The translations under genes and the position numbers were made by a program. DNA of 64,000 nucleotides from Promethearchaeota archaeon (GTDB taxonomy: Archaea > Asgardarchaeota > Lokiarchaeia > Sigyniarchaeales > SOKP01). The notes beneath the pieces were generated by a model. The model was not told the DNA's origin. It saw only the letters and a list, made by a program, of their open reading frames with translations, and searched no databases. Of the stretch, positions 1-8,637 are shown piece after piece (position 1 is the first letter of the stretch; the number at the start of each line of letters is the position of its first letter). The stretch is taken from NCBI GenBank assembly GCA_019058445.1, contig JAHPZA010000006.1, positions 32,001 to 96,000 on the forward strand, in the 5' to 3' direction.

Positions 1-156
1 ATAATATATAATATATAACTTTCATATTTATCTAGAAACTAAAATTATAAGTAGAGGCGTTTTAAAGCTATTTTAGAATTTTGGGTAAGGTTTACGTGGG
101 AAAAATGTGGGAAAAAGTGGGTTAGTTTTCGGTTTTTAGTGAAATGAATGTGACAT

Positions 157-650
157 TTTTCAGTCTTCTGTATTCTGTTAAATCTCTAAGCGATCTAATA
201 GCCAAATTTAAATTGAAAAAATGGTTTAATTTTTAAAATCCATAAATGATGGGAAGAACGGGTTTAGGGTATTTTTTTGGACACTTCGACTTATTTTAAT
301 CATAAAAAAGCCTGTTTTCTCCCATCATTTTATTATTTTTCCGTAATGAGATGACTGAAAAGCGGGATTGGTAAGTTTTAAATAGTCATTTTTTTTGGTT
401 GTAATTGACAAATTTATGACTGAGATTGATCGCGTTAAGAGGGAATTCATACTTATTTCAAAAATGAATTCAAGATCGAAAGATCTTTTTGAAGAATATA
501 TTTAAAGAGGCATGTTGACGTACAGTCACTTGGAAATTGAAATATCTTTCGAGAGATCTTTTGTTTGTTCGAATTCTACTTTTTTTATCACCTGTCATAA
601 ATTGTCTTGTTCCATGTGAACAAAATCGGGACGATCTCATCAATCGTCCT
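157..650 (+). ncRNA. Candidate large structured non-coding RNA
   Basis: No long ORF. Stems 157-165/353-361, 244-265/308-330 (about 22 bp, G-U pairs on the + strand) and 407-420/594-606; hairpins 443-471, 607-623 and 628-650. Confidence 0.45.
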
Positions 651-656
651 TAAAAA

Positions 657-1151
657 ATGTTTTCCAGAGTAAAAGAAACGCGAAAATCGGAAGTAATCGC
701 CAGAGAAGGGCAACCAAGAGTAGATGTGGACAGACCTGAAGTTATTGGCGGGCCTGTGGCGAGTTCTTGGATAAGTAGCTTGTATTATGATTTAGAAAAT
801 GAAGTAGCTACTATGAATACATTCGATTTAGGAGAAAAAGGAATAGATTATCGCAGTTATGACTTTCCAGAATTTCCTCCCGCAGAATTTGATGATTGGT
901 GGCTTGCAATGAGTAAAGGCACATTTTATCATGAAAGGGTTAAGAATCTGGGATATCTAAAGCGTAGAATGTTATTGAAAAGGGTTTTGGCTAAAGTAAA
1001 GGCTAGAAAGTATAGAAGGCGAGAAAATAGGAAGTTTAAGTATTATTCCGACGCGTTTAAAGAAGGATTGCCAGTTAAACAAAAAGGAACGGGAAAAAGA
1101 GCAATTCCGTATTCGAAAAGGAAATTAAAGCAAAAAGGGTTATTTGAGTAA
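657..1151 (+). CDS. KTSC-domain protein with Lys/Arg-rich C-terminal tail
   Basis: PVASSWISSLYYD...Y.F..FP..EFD.W..A.SKG.FY...VK matches the KTSC pattern; basic tail follows. Confidence 0.7.
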   Translation: MFSRVKETRKSEVIAREGQPRVDVDRPEVIGGPVASSWISSLYYDLENEVATMNTFDLGEKGIDYRSYDFPEFPPAEFDDWWLAMSKGTFYHERVKNLGYLKRRMLLKRVLAKVKARKYRRRENRKFKYYSDAFKEGLPVKQKGTGKRAIPYSKRKLKQKGLFE

Positions 1152-1160
1152 AAAGTTAGA

Positions 1161-1324
1161 GCTTAGCCTTTTTCCGCAAGCATTCGAATTCAGGAAGCCA
1201 CGTTAACCATTTCCGTAAACCCATGAATTACGGTAATAGAACGCCCACGTTTAGCGTTCAAGAAAATTGAAAATAAATGAAAATTTTTCATGGGTTTTCT
1301 AAGATAAGAGAAGAGAAGCTAAGA
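1161..1324 (+). ncRNA. Candidate pseudoknotted RNA element
   Basis: Hairpin 1213-1233 whose loop region AAACCCATGAA (1217-1227) is perfectly complementary to TTCATGGGTTT (1287-1297); second hairpin 1239-1259. Confidence 0.4.
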
Positions 1325-1538
1325 ACGGAAATTATAACTATGTGAACTTCGCAAAATGATGATTTCACGCATATCTCATAGAATACGAGAAGATAACCCA
1401 GAAATAGCAAAAATAAAGAATTGAGTAAAAGAATCGTTTAAATCGTGTTTAAACGTTATTAGAAGGTTAGGTTACTTTTAATAGAAATTAACGGTTACAA
1501 ACGATTTAAAAATATAGGTATTAAGAGGGTATAAAAAT

Positions 1539-1697
1539 ATGAATAGAAGGTTAGAGAATAAAGAATTTGAAGGAGTAGCATTAGAGGGTAATAGCCTAGA
1601 GGATGGAATTATTAGAGAGTTTACGTTAAGTAATAGAATGGGCGTACTAAGAACATCCGGTGGGGATTTGGTAGAATATGAATATATTGTTAGATAA
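1539..1697 (+). CDS. Small hypothetical viral protein (52 aa, MNRRLENKEF...)
   Basis: Read by hand; purine-rich upstream (GAGGG); overlaps the next ORF. Confidence 0.5.
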   Translation: MNRRLENKEFEGVALEGNSLEDGIIREFTLSNRMGVLRTSGGDLVEYEYIVR

Positions 1698-1884
1698 AGA
1701 AGATATTGAAGAGTTATTGAAAATAGGTATTACTAAGGTTGAAGTCTTCGAAACTAGTGGTTTAGTAGAATGTATAGGTACAGGCGCAGGAAAGCCAATA
1801 ATTTTAGATTTGGAGAAAATGGCAGGTACGAGGCTTGATATACCATTAAAAGAGGATTTGACAGAATATGTGGGAGAGGCTTAG
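1678..1884 (+). CDS. Small hypothetical viral protein
   Basis: 68-aa ORF co-oriented with the packaging genes. Confidence 0.55.
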   Translation: MNILLDKEDIEELLKIGITKVEVFETSGLVECIGTGAGKPIILDLEKMAGTRLDIPLKEDLTEYVGEA

Positions 1885-2014
1885 AAAACTTGATCTGTGA
1901 GAGATTGGTTCTTACGGTTTTACCTTTTAGATCACCAACCTGCAAAATGCCACTAGAAGCGTTCTACTCCCCATTTATGAAAATCAACATAAACGGAAAC
2001 ATCCAAAAATAAAT

Positions 2015-3505
2015 ATGAGTACTAGACAAGTCCAAATCTTCAAGGTCTTAGAGGAAAACCCAGAATTAGCGGAACGTAGTTCAAATGCCGAACTTTACGC
2101 CTTATTACCTAAAGTTCCTAAAAGTTCTATCCGTTTTAACAAAAAGCTATTTAAGGAACGTCTAAAACGCAAAAACGAGGAGTTACAGCTCTTCATAGAA
2201 AACAACCAGAAGTTCATACAACCGCCCACACAGAACGCTTACAAATGGCAAATTGACGCGTTTAACAAGATCATGGAGCATTTCGCTACTAAGCTTCTTG
2301 TACCGCGAGATCACGGTAAATCCTACTTAATCTGTTGGTTAATCGAATACTTATTAGATTTGAAGGCTACAAGCGTTCTTTTACTAGGTTGGACAGATCG
2401 GCGAAAAGATATCGCAGAATGGGTTTATAGTTATTGTATTCGCAAGGATTTAATAGAATCCGTTAGAAGCGAATTTTGGTTTACACTTAAGAACGGCTCT
2501 AAATTCCGTTGTTTTCTTACTTCGGAAAAGGCTATTCTAGGCTTCCACGGGGACGAGAAGGGTATGGTTCTTATCATAGATGATCCTATTGACGATTCTT
2601 GGCGCACAGAACCGTGGAGAGAAGCCAAGCTCGAACGTCGCTATAAATCAACGATTTCAAACATAAATCCGTTAAAGATACTAATTAGCGGAACGCGGAA
2701 ATGTGAAGGTGACTTTTTCGATTTCATAGATGATACGTACGGAAATAGTGATTACGATTATTATGATTACACACGTAAGCCATACTATGAGGAGAACGGT
2801 TCTAAAAAGCTTCTATGCCCAGAGAGATGGACACTAGCTAAATTAGAGAAGAAACGCGTAGAAATAGGAGAATATTGGTATGCAGCGGAATGGATGCAAG
2901 ATCCTCATCCCATAGAGGCAGGGATCTTAACTAAACCGACGTTTGACATACACGCGGGTAAATCTGCTTATTCACATTGCGCAATAAGCGTGGATTCCGC
3001 TACAACGATAAAGAAAACGTCAGACTTTACTGCAATCATTACAATCTTAAAGAAGCGAAACACTTTAGAGTATTTTGTACTCAGGGCTTTAGTAGATCAT
3101 TTAGATTTCGAGGAAATTCTAAAATCGATAGAGAAGGCTTATAGATATGTTTTAGAGAAGTTTATAGATATCAATATAATTGTTCCAATTGAGAAAAATG
3201 CGGGAGGAAATTATTTAATTCAATCATCTAAGAGACGTGGTTATACATTTAGTTCACACATCATTCCTGTTCATAGTAGTAAAGCCAAATTCATTAGAAT
3301 TGAATCCGCATTAGAAGTACCGTTAAGAGAAGCTACACTTATATTTTCTGAAGGTTTAAAAAATACAGAATTAATAACGGAAATTCTAACATTCCCAAAT
3401 AGCCGTAAACTCGACGCGATAGATGGATTAGCCATAGGAATAAAAGAACTTGAAAATAAACATTCAGCATATACATTTGATATATTAAAAGCAAATGCAT
3501 TTTAA
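2015..3505 (+). CDS. terL: Terminase large subunit
   Basis: Walker A PRDHGKS, Walker B LIIDDP, coupling motif GTR; RNase H-like nuclease acidic residues (SVDSA, SDFTA, EKNAGG, DAIDG). Confidence 0.92.
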   Translation: MSTRQVQIFKVLEENPELAERSSNAELYALLPKVPKSSIRFNKKLFKERLKRKNEELQLFIENNQKFIQPPTQNAYKWQIDAFNKIMEHFATKLLVPRDHGKSYLICWLIEYLLDLKATSVLLLGWTDRRKDIAEWVYSYCIRKDLIESVRSEFWFTLKNGSKFRCFLTSEKAILGFHGDEKGMVLIIDDPIDDSWRTEPWREAKLERRYKSTISNINPLKILISGTRKCEGDFFDFIDDTYGNSDYDYYDYTRKPYYEENGSKKLLCPERWTLAKLEKKRVEIGEYWYAAEWMQDPHPIEAGILTKPTFDIHAGKSAYSHCAISVDSATTIKKTSDFTAIITILKKRNTLEYFVLRALVDHLDFEEILKSIEKAYRYVLEKFIDINIIVPIEKNAGGNYLIQSSKRRGYTFSSHIIPVHSSKAKFIRIESALEVPLREATLIFSEGLKNTELITEILTFPNSRKLDAIDGLAIGIKELENKHSAYTFDILKANAF

Positions 3506-3507
3506 AA

Positions 3508-3915
3508 ATGAAATTAAAAAATATTATTAATAAAATTAAGACTGGATATAAACGCTTTAGAGAGTACTTCTATAAAGGAGAAGTGGTGTTTATGACTAAT
3601 GATAAAGCCCATTTAGAGGCAATTTATACAAGTTTATCCGTTTTAGGAATAGATATTAAATATATAGGTAATAATGAATATATGTTTAAAATCTCCGCAA
3701 AAAAGGAAAAACATTATAAAAAGCTTGTAAATACAATTCTGGAAGATAAGGAGAGTTTAAAAGAGAAGTCTATGCGTTTATTTGATAAAGAACTTAAAAT
3801 AAAAGAATTAAATGAAAAATTAGCTTTTCTTAAAGGATTATTTGAATCAGAAAAAGCTATTATTTTTGAAGAGAATTTCAATGAAGATATGAAGGCTAAA
3901 TTAGATGCAATATAA
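3508..3915 (+). CDS. Hypothetical viral protein with C-terminal coiled coil
   Basis: Tightly packed between terL and the portal. Confidence 0.6.
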   Translation: MKLKNIINKIKTGYKRFREYFYKGEVVFMTNDKAHLEAIYTSLSVLGIDIKYIGNNEYMFKISAKKEKHYKKLVNTILEDKESLKEKSMRLFDKELKIKELNEKLAFLKGLFESEKAIIFEENFNEDMKAKLDAI

Positions 3916-5077
3916 AACAGTAAATAGAGGCAGTTTTGATCGGTATTATGAAAACCAATATGCACCTAGTTTACTAAAAGATTATTATACTTCCGTAAAT
4001 GACGCAGAAACTAGGGAAAAGAGATCGGGGATTGATCCTTTAGCTTCAGCATTAACTTTACGTGTCGGAAAGCTTTTAACCATGAATCCCCCTAAATTCT
4101 TGGATGAGAATAAAGAAGAGATCAAGAAAATAAGAGAAGAATGGGTTAAAAATGATTATGATAGCGTTTTCCGTGAAGCGATAATAAGTACACGTACTCA
4201 TGGGTTTTGCGTGACAGAAAAACTGAAAAATTCTTTCGCGGGGAAAAACTTTTTAGTACATAATCTGGCGAATGGAATTATACGTGTAAATTATGAAGAT
4301 CGTTTGAATATAAAGAGTTATGATATTCTCCCAAAAATGGAAGAAGGCGAGAGGATTTCGAGTTATGCTATTCCAAAACAACGTGAATTAATGGGAAAAA
4401 ATGCTTTTCACTATGAAATAGGAAGGAAAAAATATAACCAACAAGGCGAGAGTTCTTTAAAACCAATTTGGGCCCAATTAGTACGCGCAAATGAGATAAT
4501 TGACAGTATGGCGGAATATGACTCGCGTATCGGTAAGGGCTGGCTATATGTTAAAGTAGATCCCGCATTATATAATAAAGATATTTCAAAACTTAATACT
4601 GTCGTGCGAAAAATGAATCGTCGACGTTTTATGATTCTAAAAAGTACAAAAGAATCGCCCACGGATATTAATTTATTAACAACGACTAGCACGATTGATT
4701 TTTCTAGAGATCTAGAAACTTTAGTGGGTATTATAGCTTCACAGACTGGATTGCCTACTCGGTGGTTTCTTGGTTCACCAAAAGGATTCATTTCTTCCGC
4801 AAAAGAAGATAGATATCAAGTTTATGCAACTTTAAAAAGTATATTTGCGGAATATAAAGACTGGATTAGGGGATTTATTGAGAAATTCTATGAAAGTGGA
4901 GAAGCTATAAACAATAAGATTAAAGAAATTGAATTTGACGACGAAGGCGTTTTAGAAGAAATAGGAAGACAAATGGAAAACGGTGTAGCTTTTGATAACA
5001 ATCAAATACAAGAATCAGGTAAAACTGAGAAACAAATTAAATATTTAGCTAATAAAGAACAATTAAAGGAGAGCTAA
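3905..5077 (+). CDS. Portal protein (DUF1073-like)
   Basis: 390 aa after the terminase; IASQTGLPTRWFLGSPKG and R.HG motifs typical of this portal group. Confidence 0.8.
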   Translation: MQYKTVNRGSFDRYYENQYAPSLLKDYYTSVNDAETREKRSGIDPLASALTLRVGKLLTMNPPKFLDENKEEIKKIREEWVKNDYDSVFREAIISTRTHGFCVTEKLKNSFAGKNFLVHNLANGIIRVNYEDRLNIKSYDILPKMEEGERISSYAIPKQRELMGKNAFHYEIGRKKYNQQGESSLKPIWAQLVRANEIIDSMAEYDSRIGKGWLYVKVDPALYNKDISKLNTVVRKMNRRRFMILKSTKESPTDINLLTTTSTIDFSRDLETLVGIIASQTGLPTRWFLGSPKGFISSAKEDRYQVYATLKSIFAEYKDWIRGFIEKFYESGEAINNKIKEIEFDDEGVLEEIGRQMENGVAFDNNQIQESGKTEKQIKYLANKEQLKES

Positions 5078-5079
5078 TT

Positions 5080-5409
5080 ATGGAAGAATTAATTATAGAT
5101 GTAGAAAATATTGATGGAGAGAATTTAAAAATCGAACTTCCGTTTTTTAAGCCTTATATCGTTAATAATGAAGATTTTCTTAATATGGTTAGGTATTTAA
5201 AAAAGAAATTTGATTTAAATATTCCGTCTGAAGCGAATAAAGCTTTAAAACATTGGTCAGATTTAGAAGAATCGATGGTACAAGAATCTAAAGAATTTGT
5301 ACCATATGAAAGCGTTCATTTTAAGCATCATTTTAAACTAGAAGGGCTTAAACCTTTTGATATTGAGGAGTTTTATAAATCTCATTATAAAACTACTAGA
5401 GGATGGTAA
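5080..5409 (+). CDS. Hypothetical head-module protein
   Basis: GGAG SD-like site; lies between portal and protease. Confidence 0.6.
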   Translation: MEELIIDVENIDGENLKIELPFFKPYIVNNEDFLNMVRYLKKKFDLNIPSEANKALKHWSDLEESMVQESKEFVPYESVHFKHHFKLEGLKPFDIEEFYKSHYKTTRGW

Positions 5410-5410
5410 A

Positions 5411-6139
5411 ATGACTCATTTAGAGGATTACGATTATATAGGAACAGCATGCTTAGGTGACGTTAAATACGACGACGGTTTTGATAAATGGGATGATATC
5501 AAGAAAGTAATTAAAAATAAGAAAGAAATTATCATAAAACCCAATCATGAAAGTAAAGATATCGTCGGAAGGGTCAAGTTTTTTGAGCTGTGCGATAAAA
5601 ATAAAGAATTGAAAATAGGAATTAATAGAAAGGATTTATCCGTTGGTTTAGATGCTTTTAATGGAGTTTCTCCCCAATTTTTAACCAATGATAAAGGCAA
5701 AATAGTAGATATAACACATTTTGCGATTGGGAATAGTTTTAAACCGAAGTGTGATAAATCAGTATGTTATATTGAAAAAAATCGAGGTAAACAAAAGAAA
5801 ATGGATGATTTAGAAAAAAAAATTGAAGATTTAAAAGCTGAAAATAAAAAACTTAAAGCGAAGTATTTAGAACTAGAAAATAAGATGCTAGAGACTGATA
5901 ATAAAGCTTTTGAAGAATTCTTAAAAGAAAAAAACAATAATAATAAGTCTAAAGATAAGGATAAAGATGGGAGTAATCCTAAAGATAAGGATAAAGATAA
6001 AGATTTAGACTTAACACCAAATCAAGATATCGAGCAAGATATCGAGACAAAACCCAAAAATAAGTTTGAATATAAAGGATTTTTGGGAAATACAACTAAA
6101 AACACAGAAAATTTAATCGCAAAAAGAAAAATAAAATAA
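5411..6139 (+). CDS. Prohead protease/scaffold fusion (DUF2213-like)
   Basis: Start moved to ATG 5411. NHE...VG, GVSP and ITHFAI motifs, then a coiled coil and DK repeats; sits upstream of the MCP. Confidence 0.7.
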   Translation: MTHLEDYDYIGTACLGDVKYDDGFDKWDDIKKVIKNKKEIIIKPNHESKDIVGRVKFFELCDKNKELKIGINRKDLSVGLDAFNGVSPQFLTNDKGKIVDITHFAIGNSFKPKCDKSVCYIEKNRGKQKKMDDLEKKIEDLKAENKKLKAKYLELENKMLETDNKAFEEFLKEKNNNNKSKDKDKDGSNPKDKDKDKDLDLTPNQDIEQDIETKPKNKFEYKGFLGNTTKNTENLIAKRKIK

Positions 6140-6183
6140 ACTATTGATTGAAAATTAAAAATTAAATAAAAAGGTAAACGATA

Positions 6184-6636
6184 TTGGCAAATACTAAAAT
6201 TAGTGATATTGCAAATAGTGTAAGCTTAGGTATAAATCCAACAGAGAGCGTTAAAGCCTCAGAGGCTTCCTTAAAAGCAGGTATGGGCGTCTATCATTAT
6301 AACGAGACGGGCGTAAAAGCAATAGAGGGAAGTGCAGCATTGGTTAGCGGTTTTGCGGGAGTTTTAAAAGAACATTATTATTCTGGTCTTGATGCAACAT
6401 TAACTAATGGATCAGACTATGAGCTTATCAAAAGAGGTCCATGTGCTGTGTTTATTGATGATCCAGGTAAAACTTTTGGACCAGGTGTGGAGATCTGGGT
6501 AAGTGGTGCAACTGCTGGGAGTTTTGGTTTATTAACTGATCGTGACTTTATTGCTCTTTCGGGAGCTAGCGCAGTTGGTAAAACTATCGATACTATTAAC
6601 TCAGGCGATACCGTTGCTATGGTTAATCTTTATTAA
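6184..6636 (+). CDS. Head decoration/cement protein
   Basis: 150 aa, Gly/Ala-rich, beta-type sequence immediately before the MCP. Confidence 0.65.
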   Translation: MANTKISDIANSVSLGINPTESVKASEASLKAGMGVYHYNETGVKAIEGSAALVSGFAGVLKEHYYSGLDATLTNGSDYELIKRGPCAVFIDDPGKTFGPGVEIWVSGATAGSFGLLTDRDFIALSGASAVGKTIDTINSGDTVAMVNLY

Positions 6637-6648
6637 AGGTGATTTAAG

Positions 6649-7566
6649 ATGGTAAGATTAACAAGGCAAGAACTTAAAAGTATCGATGACATCGTTAAAC
6701 GTGTTCTTCGTGAGCCTCCAATCTTAGAGGCTTTCGGCATTAGACAAGTTGCTAATGGTAAAAGAGAACATATGTTTTTAAGCGCGTCAGATATGCCCAC
6801 ATCTAATATTGGTGCAGATTTCTCTTATGATGCTAGGAACTACCCTATGAGAATCCCTACTGGAACAAAACTAACATTTATAACCTTTCCTGTTCAAATT
6901 AAAAGAACGGATATTGATGCAAGCGAAAGTGCGGGAATTGAATCTCTCGCCGTAACGGCTGAAATTGAAGCAAACGCAGCAATAATGAAGGATGTTGAGG
7001 ATGTTGTTCTTCATGGCAATAATGCTCGCGGATCTAAAGGTATGTGCAATTATGATGGTTTAAATCATTATGGTGCAGATGCTAGTAAAGCCTTAACAAC
7101 TCATGGGAGTTTTTTTACCCAGTTGGAAGGGGCTATCTCACAGGTTCGCGAAAATCATATTAAACCCGGATCAGAAGGCTACGATCTAATAATTAGTCCT
7201 GGGATTTTTCCCGAATTAAGGAATAATTGGGTTACTGGGATTTATAATGAGTATAAGCAATTTAAGGAAACCTATACTGAAGGTCCAGCTCCAGTTATCG
7301 GTAATATTATCGAGACTGACGAGATCTGCACGGACAGTAATGGGAACGCTACAGGTTGCTTCACAGATACCCAAGGTTTCATTGTCGGGAAATTAGGACA
7401 GCCAAATAATTACATCGCTGAATCGTACGAACTTCACCGCGATTTGATTCCAGGAGAATTTGAAAGTGATGTAAATTATGCGCTACGTTGGGCTGGCGGA
7501 TTTATTCCGAAAGAACCGAAGGCTTTATGCTTAGTCACTGGGTTAACGACAACCACAGCATATTAA
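6649..7566 (+). CDS. Major capsid protein, HK97 fold (linocin/encapsulin-like group)
   Basis: 305 aa; EDVVLHG...KGMCN, YDLIISP and C-terminal PKALCLVTGL patterns; AGGTGA SD; gene context. Confidence 0.85.
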   Translation: MVRLTRQELKSIDDIVKRVLREPPILEAFGIRQVANGKREHMFLSASDMPTSNIGADFSYDARNYPMRIPTGTKLTFITFPVQIKRTDIDASESAGIESLAVTAEIEANAAIMKDVEDVVLHGNNARGSKGMCNYDGLNHYGADASKALTTHGSFFTQLEGAISQVRENHIKPGSEGYDLIISPGIFPELRNNWVTGIYNEYKQFKETYTEGPAPVIGNIIETDEICTDSNGNATGCFTDTQGFIVGKLGQPNNYIAESYELHRDLIPGEFESDVNYALRWAGGFIPKEPKALCLVTGLTTTTAY

Positions 7567-7586
7567 GTACGGCTAATTAGCTTAAA

Positions 7587-7627
7587 GATTGGAAAACGTG
7601 CGTGTTTTTCCGATCAAATTTTTTTTT
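7587..7627 (+). terminator. Hairpin plus T-run after the MCP gene
   Basis: GATTGGAAAAC...GTTTTTCCGATC stem followed by T9. Confidence 0.6.
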
Positions 7628-7654
7628 ATTTTAGAAAAATGAAAATTAAAACTT

Positions 7655-8002
7655 TTGTTGGTGATGTTAAAATTGGTGTATAGTAAATTAACGGATATAG
7701 AAAATAGGTTACCATTTGATATAAACGCAAATTCAATTCCATCGAGTAGTCAATTAACGGGCGTACAACTTCAATCAAACTTATTCATTAATGGATTTAT
7801 AGGGAGACCTTCTGGTTTAACGGAAAATACTGGAGCTTTAAGAATAATAGAGACCGATATTGCAGTAAATTATTGTATGTATTGGCATGATCCCGAATTC
7901 TCGCCTTTTTTTAGGTTTACACGCGATCAGAGGATGATTTTAGATAATTATCGTAGCGATCAATGTGTAAGATTGGGAAAATTAGGTTTTGATAGGGATT
8001 AA
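7655..8002 (+). CDS. Head-tail adaptor-like protein (true start probably near 7673)
   Basis: YS.L.DI N-terminus and helical pattern typical of gp15/gp6-type adaptors; position after the MCP. Confidence 0.6.
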   Translation: MLVMLKLVYSKLTDIENRLPFDINANSIPSSSQLTGVQLQSNLFINGFIGRPSGLTENTGALRIIETDIAVNYCMYWHDPEFSPFFRFTRDQRMILDNYRSDQCVRLGKLGFDRD

Positions 8003-8004
8003 AA

Positions 8005-8418
8005 ATGACTATCGCGGATATTAAGAGTGACGTTGTATCTCATTTAACAGATAATTGGAATACAGGCGTTTGTTCAATGCCAGAGATCCTCGAAGGAGAT
8101 CGCAAAACTAATTTGCGTGGCAACCAAATCAAATATCGGAATTCTATTAAAGTCTGGGATAATGGAATGGAGCCAGAATATGTAGATCCGCAACGCAAGA
8201 TTTGGGACGAGTATTACAACGTAAAATTAGAAATAGGATCACGCGAATCGGAAAGTAATTTAAAAAATATTTTATCCGAAACGCAACGCATTATAGGATT
8301 GACTGGGATATCGAATTACGATAACCAATTAATTTTGGGTGTAAAAAGGAAAGATTCTTCCGAAGAATATTACTCAGAATTTGATTTTATTGCAATAAAA
8401 TACAACCAATCCGTGTAA
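8005..8418 (+). CDS. Neck protein (tail-terminator/head-completion-like)
   Basis: 137 aa; alpha-beta pattern resembling gp17/gpU-like proteins; position. Confidence 0.55.
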   Translation: MTIADIKSDVVSHLTDNWNTGVCSMPEILEGDRKTNLRGNQIKYRNSIKVWDNGMEPEYVDPQRKIWDEYYNVKLEIGSRESESNLKNILSETQRIIGLTGISNYDNQLILGVKRKDSSEEYYSEFDFIAIKYNQSV

Positions 8419-8432
8419 AAAAAGCAAAAATG

Positions 8433-8455
8433 AAGAGGTGTCCGCTACACCTCTT
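8433..8455 (-). terminator. 9-bp hairpin, followed by T-runs on the minus strand
   Basis: AAGAGGTGT-ccgct-ACACCTCTT with A-runs to its left on the + strand. Confidence 0.5.
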
Positions 8456-8637
8456 AAAAACAATCCATAACAATCCAAGAACGGAACGGATTAAACTAGA
8501 AAAAGATTGACGGTTTTTCTTAAAATTGCTGTTCGCAAAACAAGGAAAAAACAAAAAGAAAAGTACTAGGTTAAGGTTAAATTAATCCGTTCTTCAAAAA
8601 TGAATAAAAAAATAAATATAAACAGGTGAAATGAAAT

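Noticed and set aside
410-530. Group I intron core (GACTG/CAGTC as P7)
   Set aside because: Only a 6-bp resemblance; the other conserved elements and an interrupted host gene were not identifiable. Left to an Infernal search.
6649-7566. Cellular encapsulin nanocompartment
   Set aside because: Linocin-like features are present, but the terminase, portal, protease and neck genes around it indicate a viral capsid.
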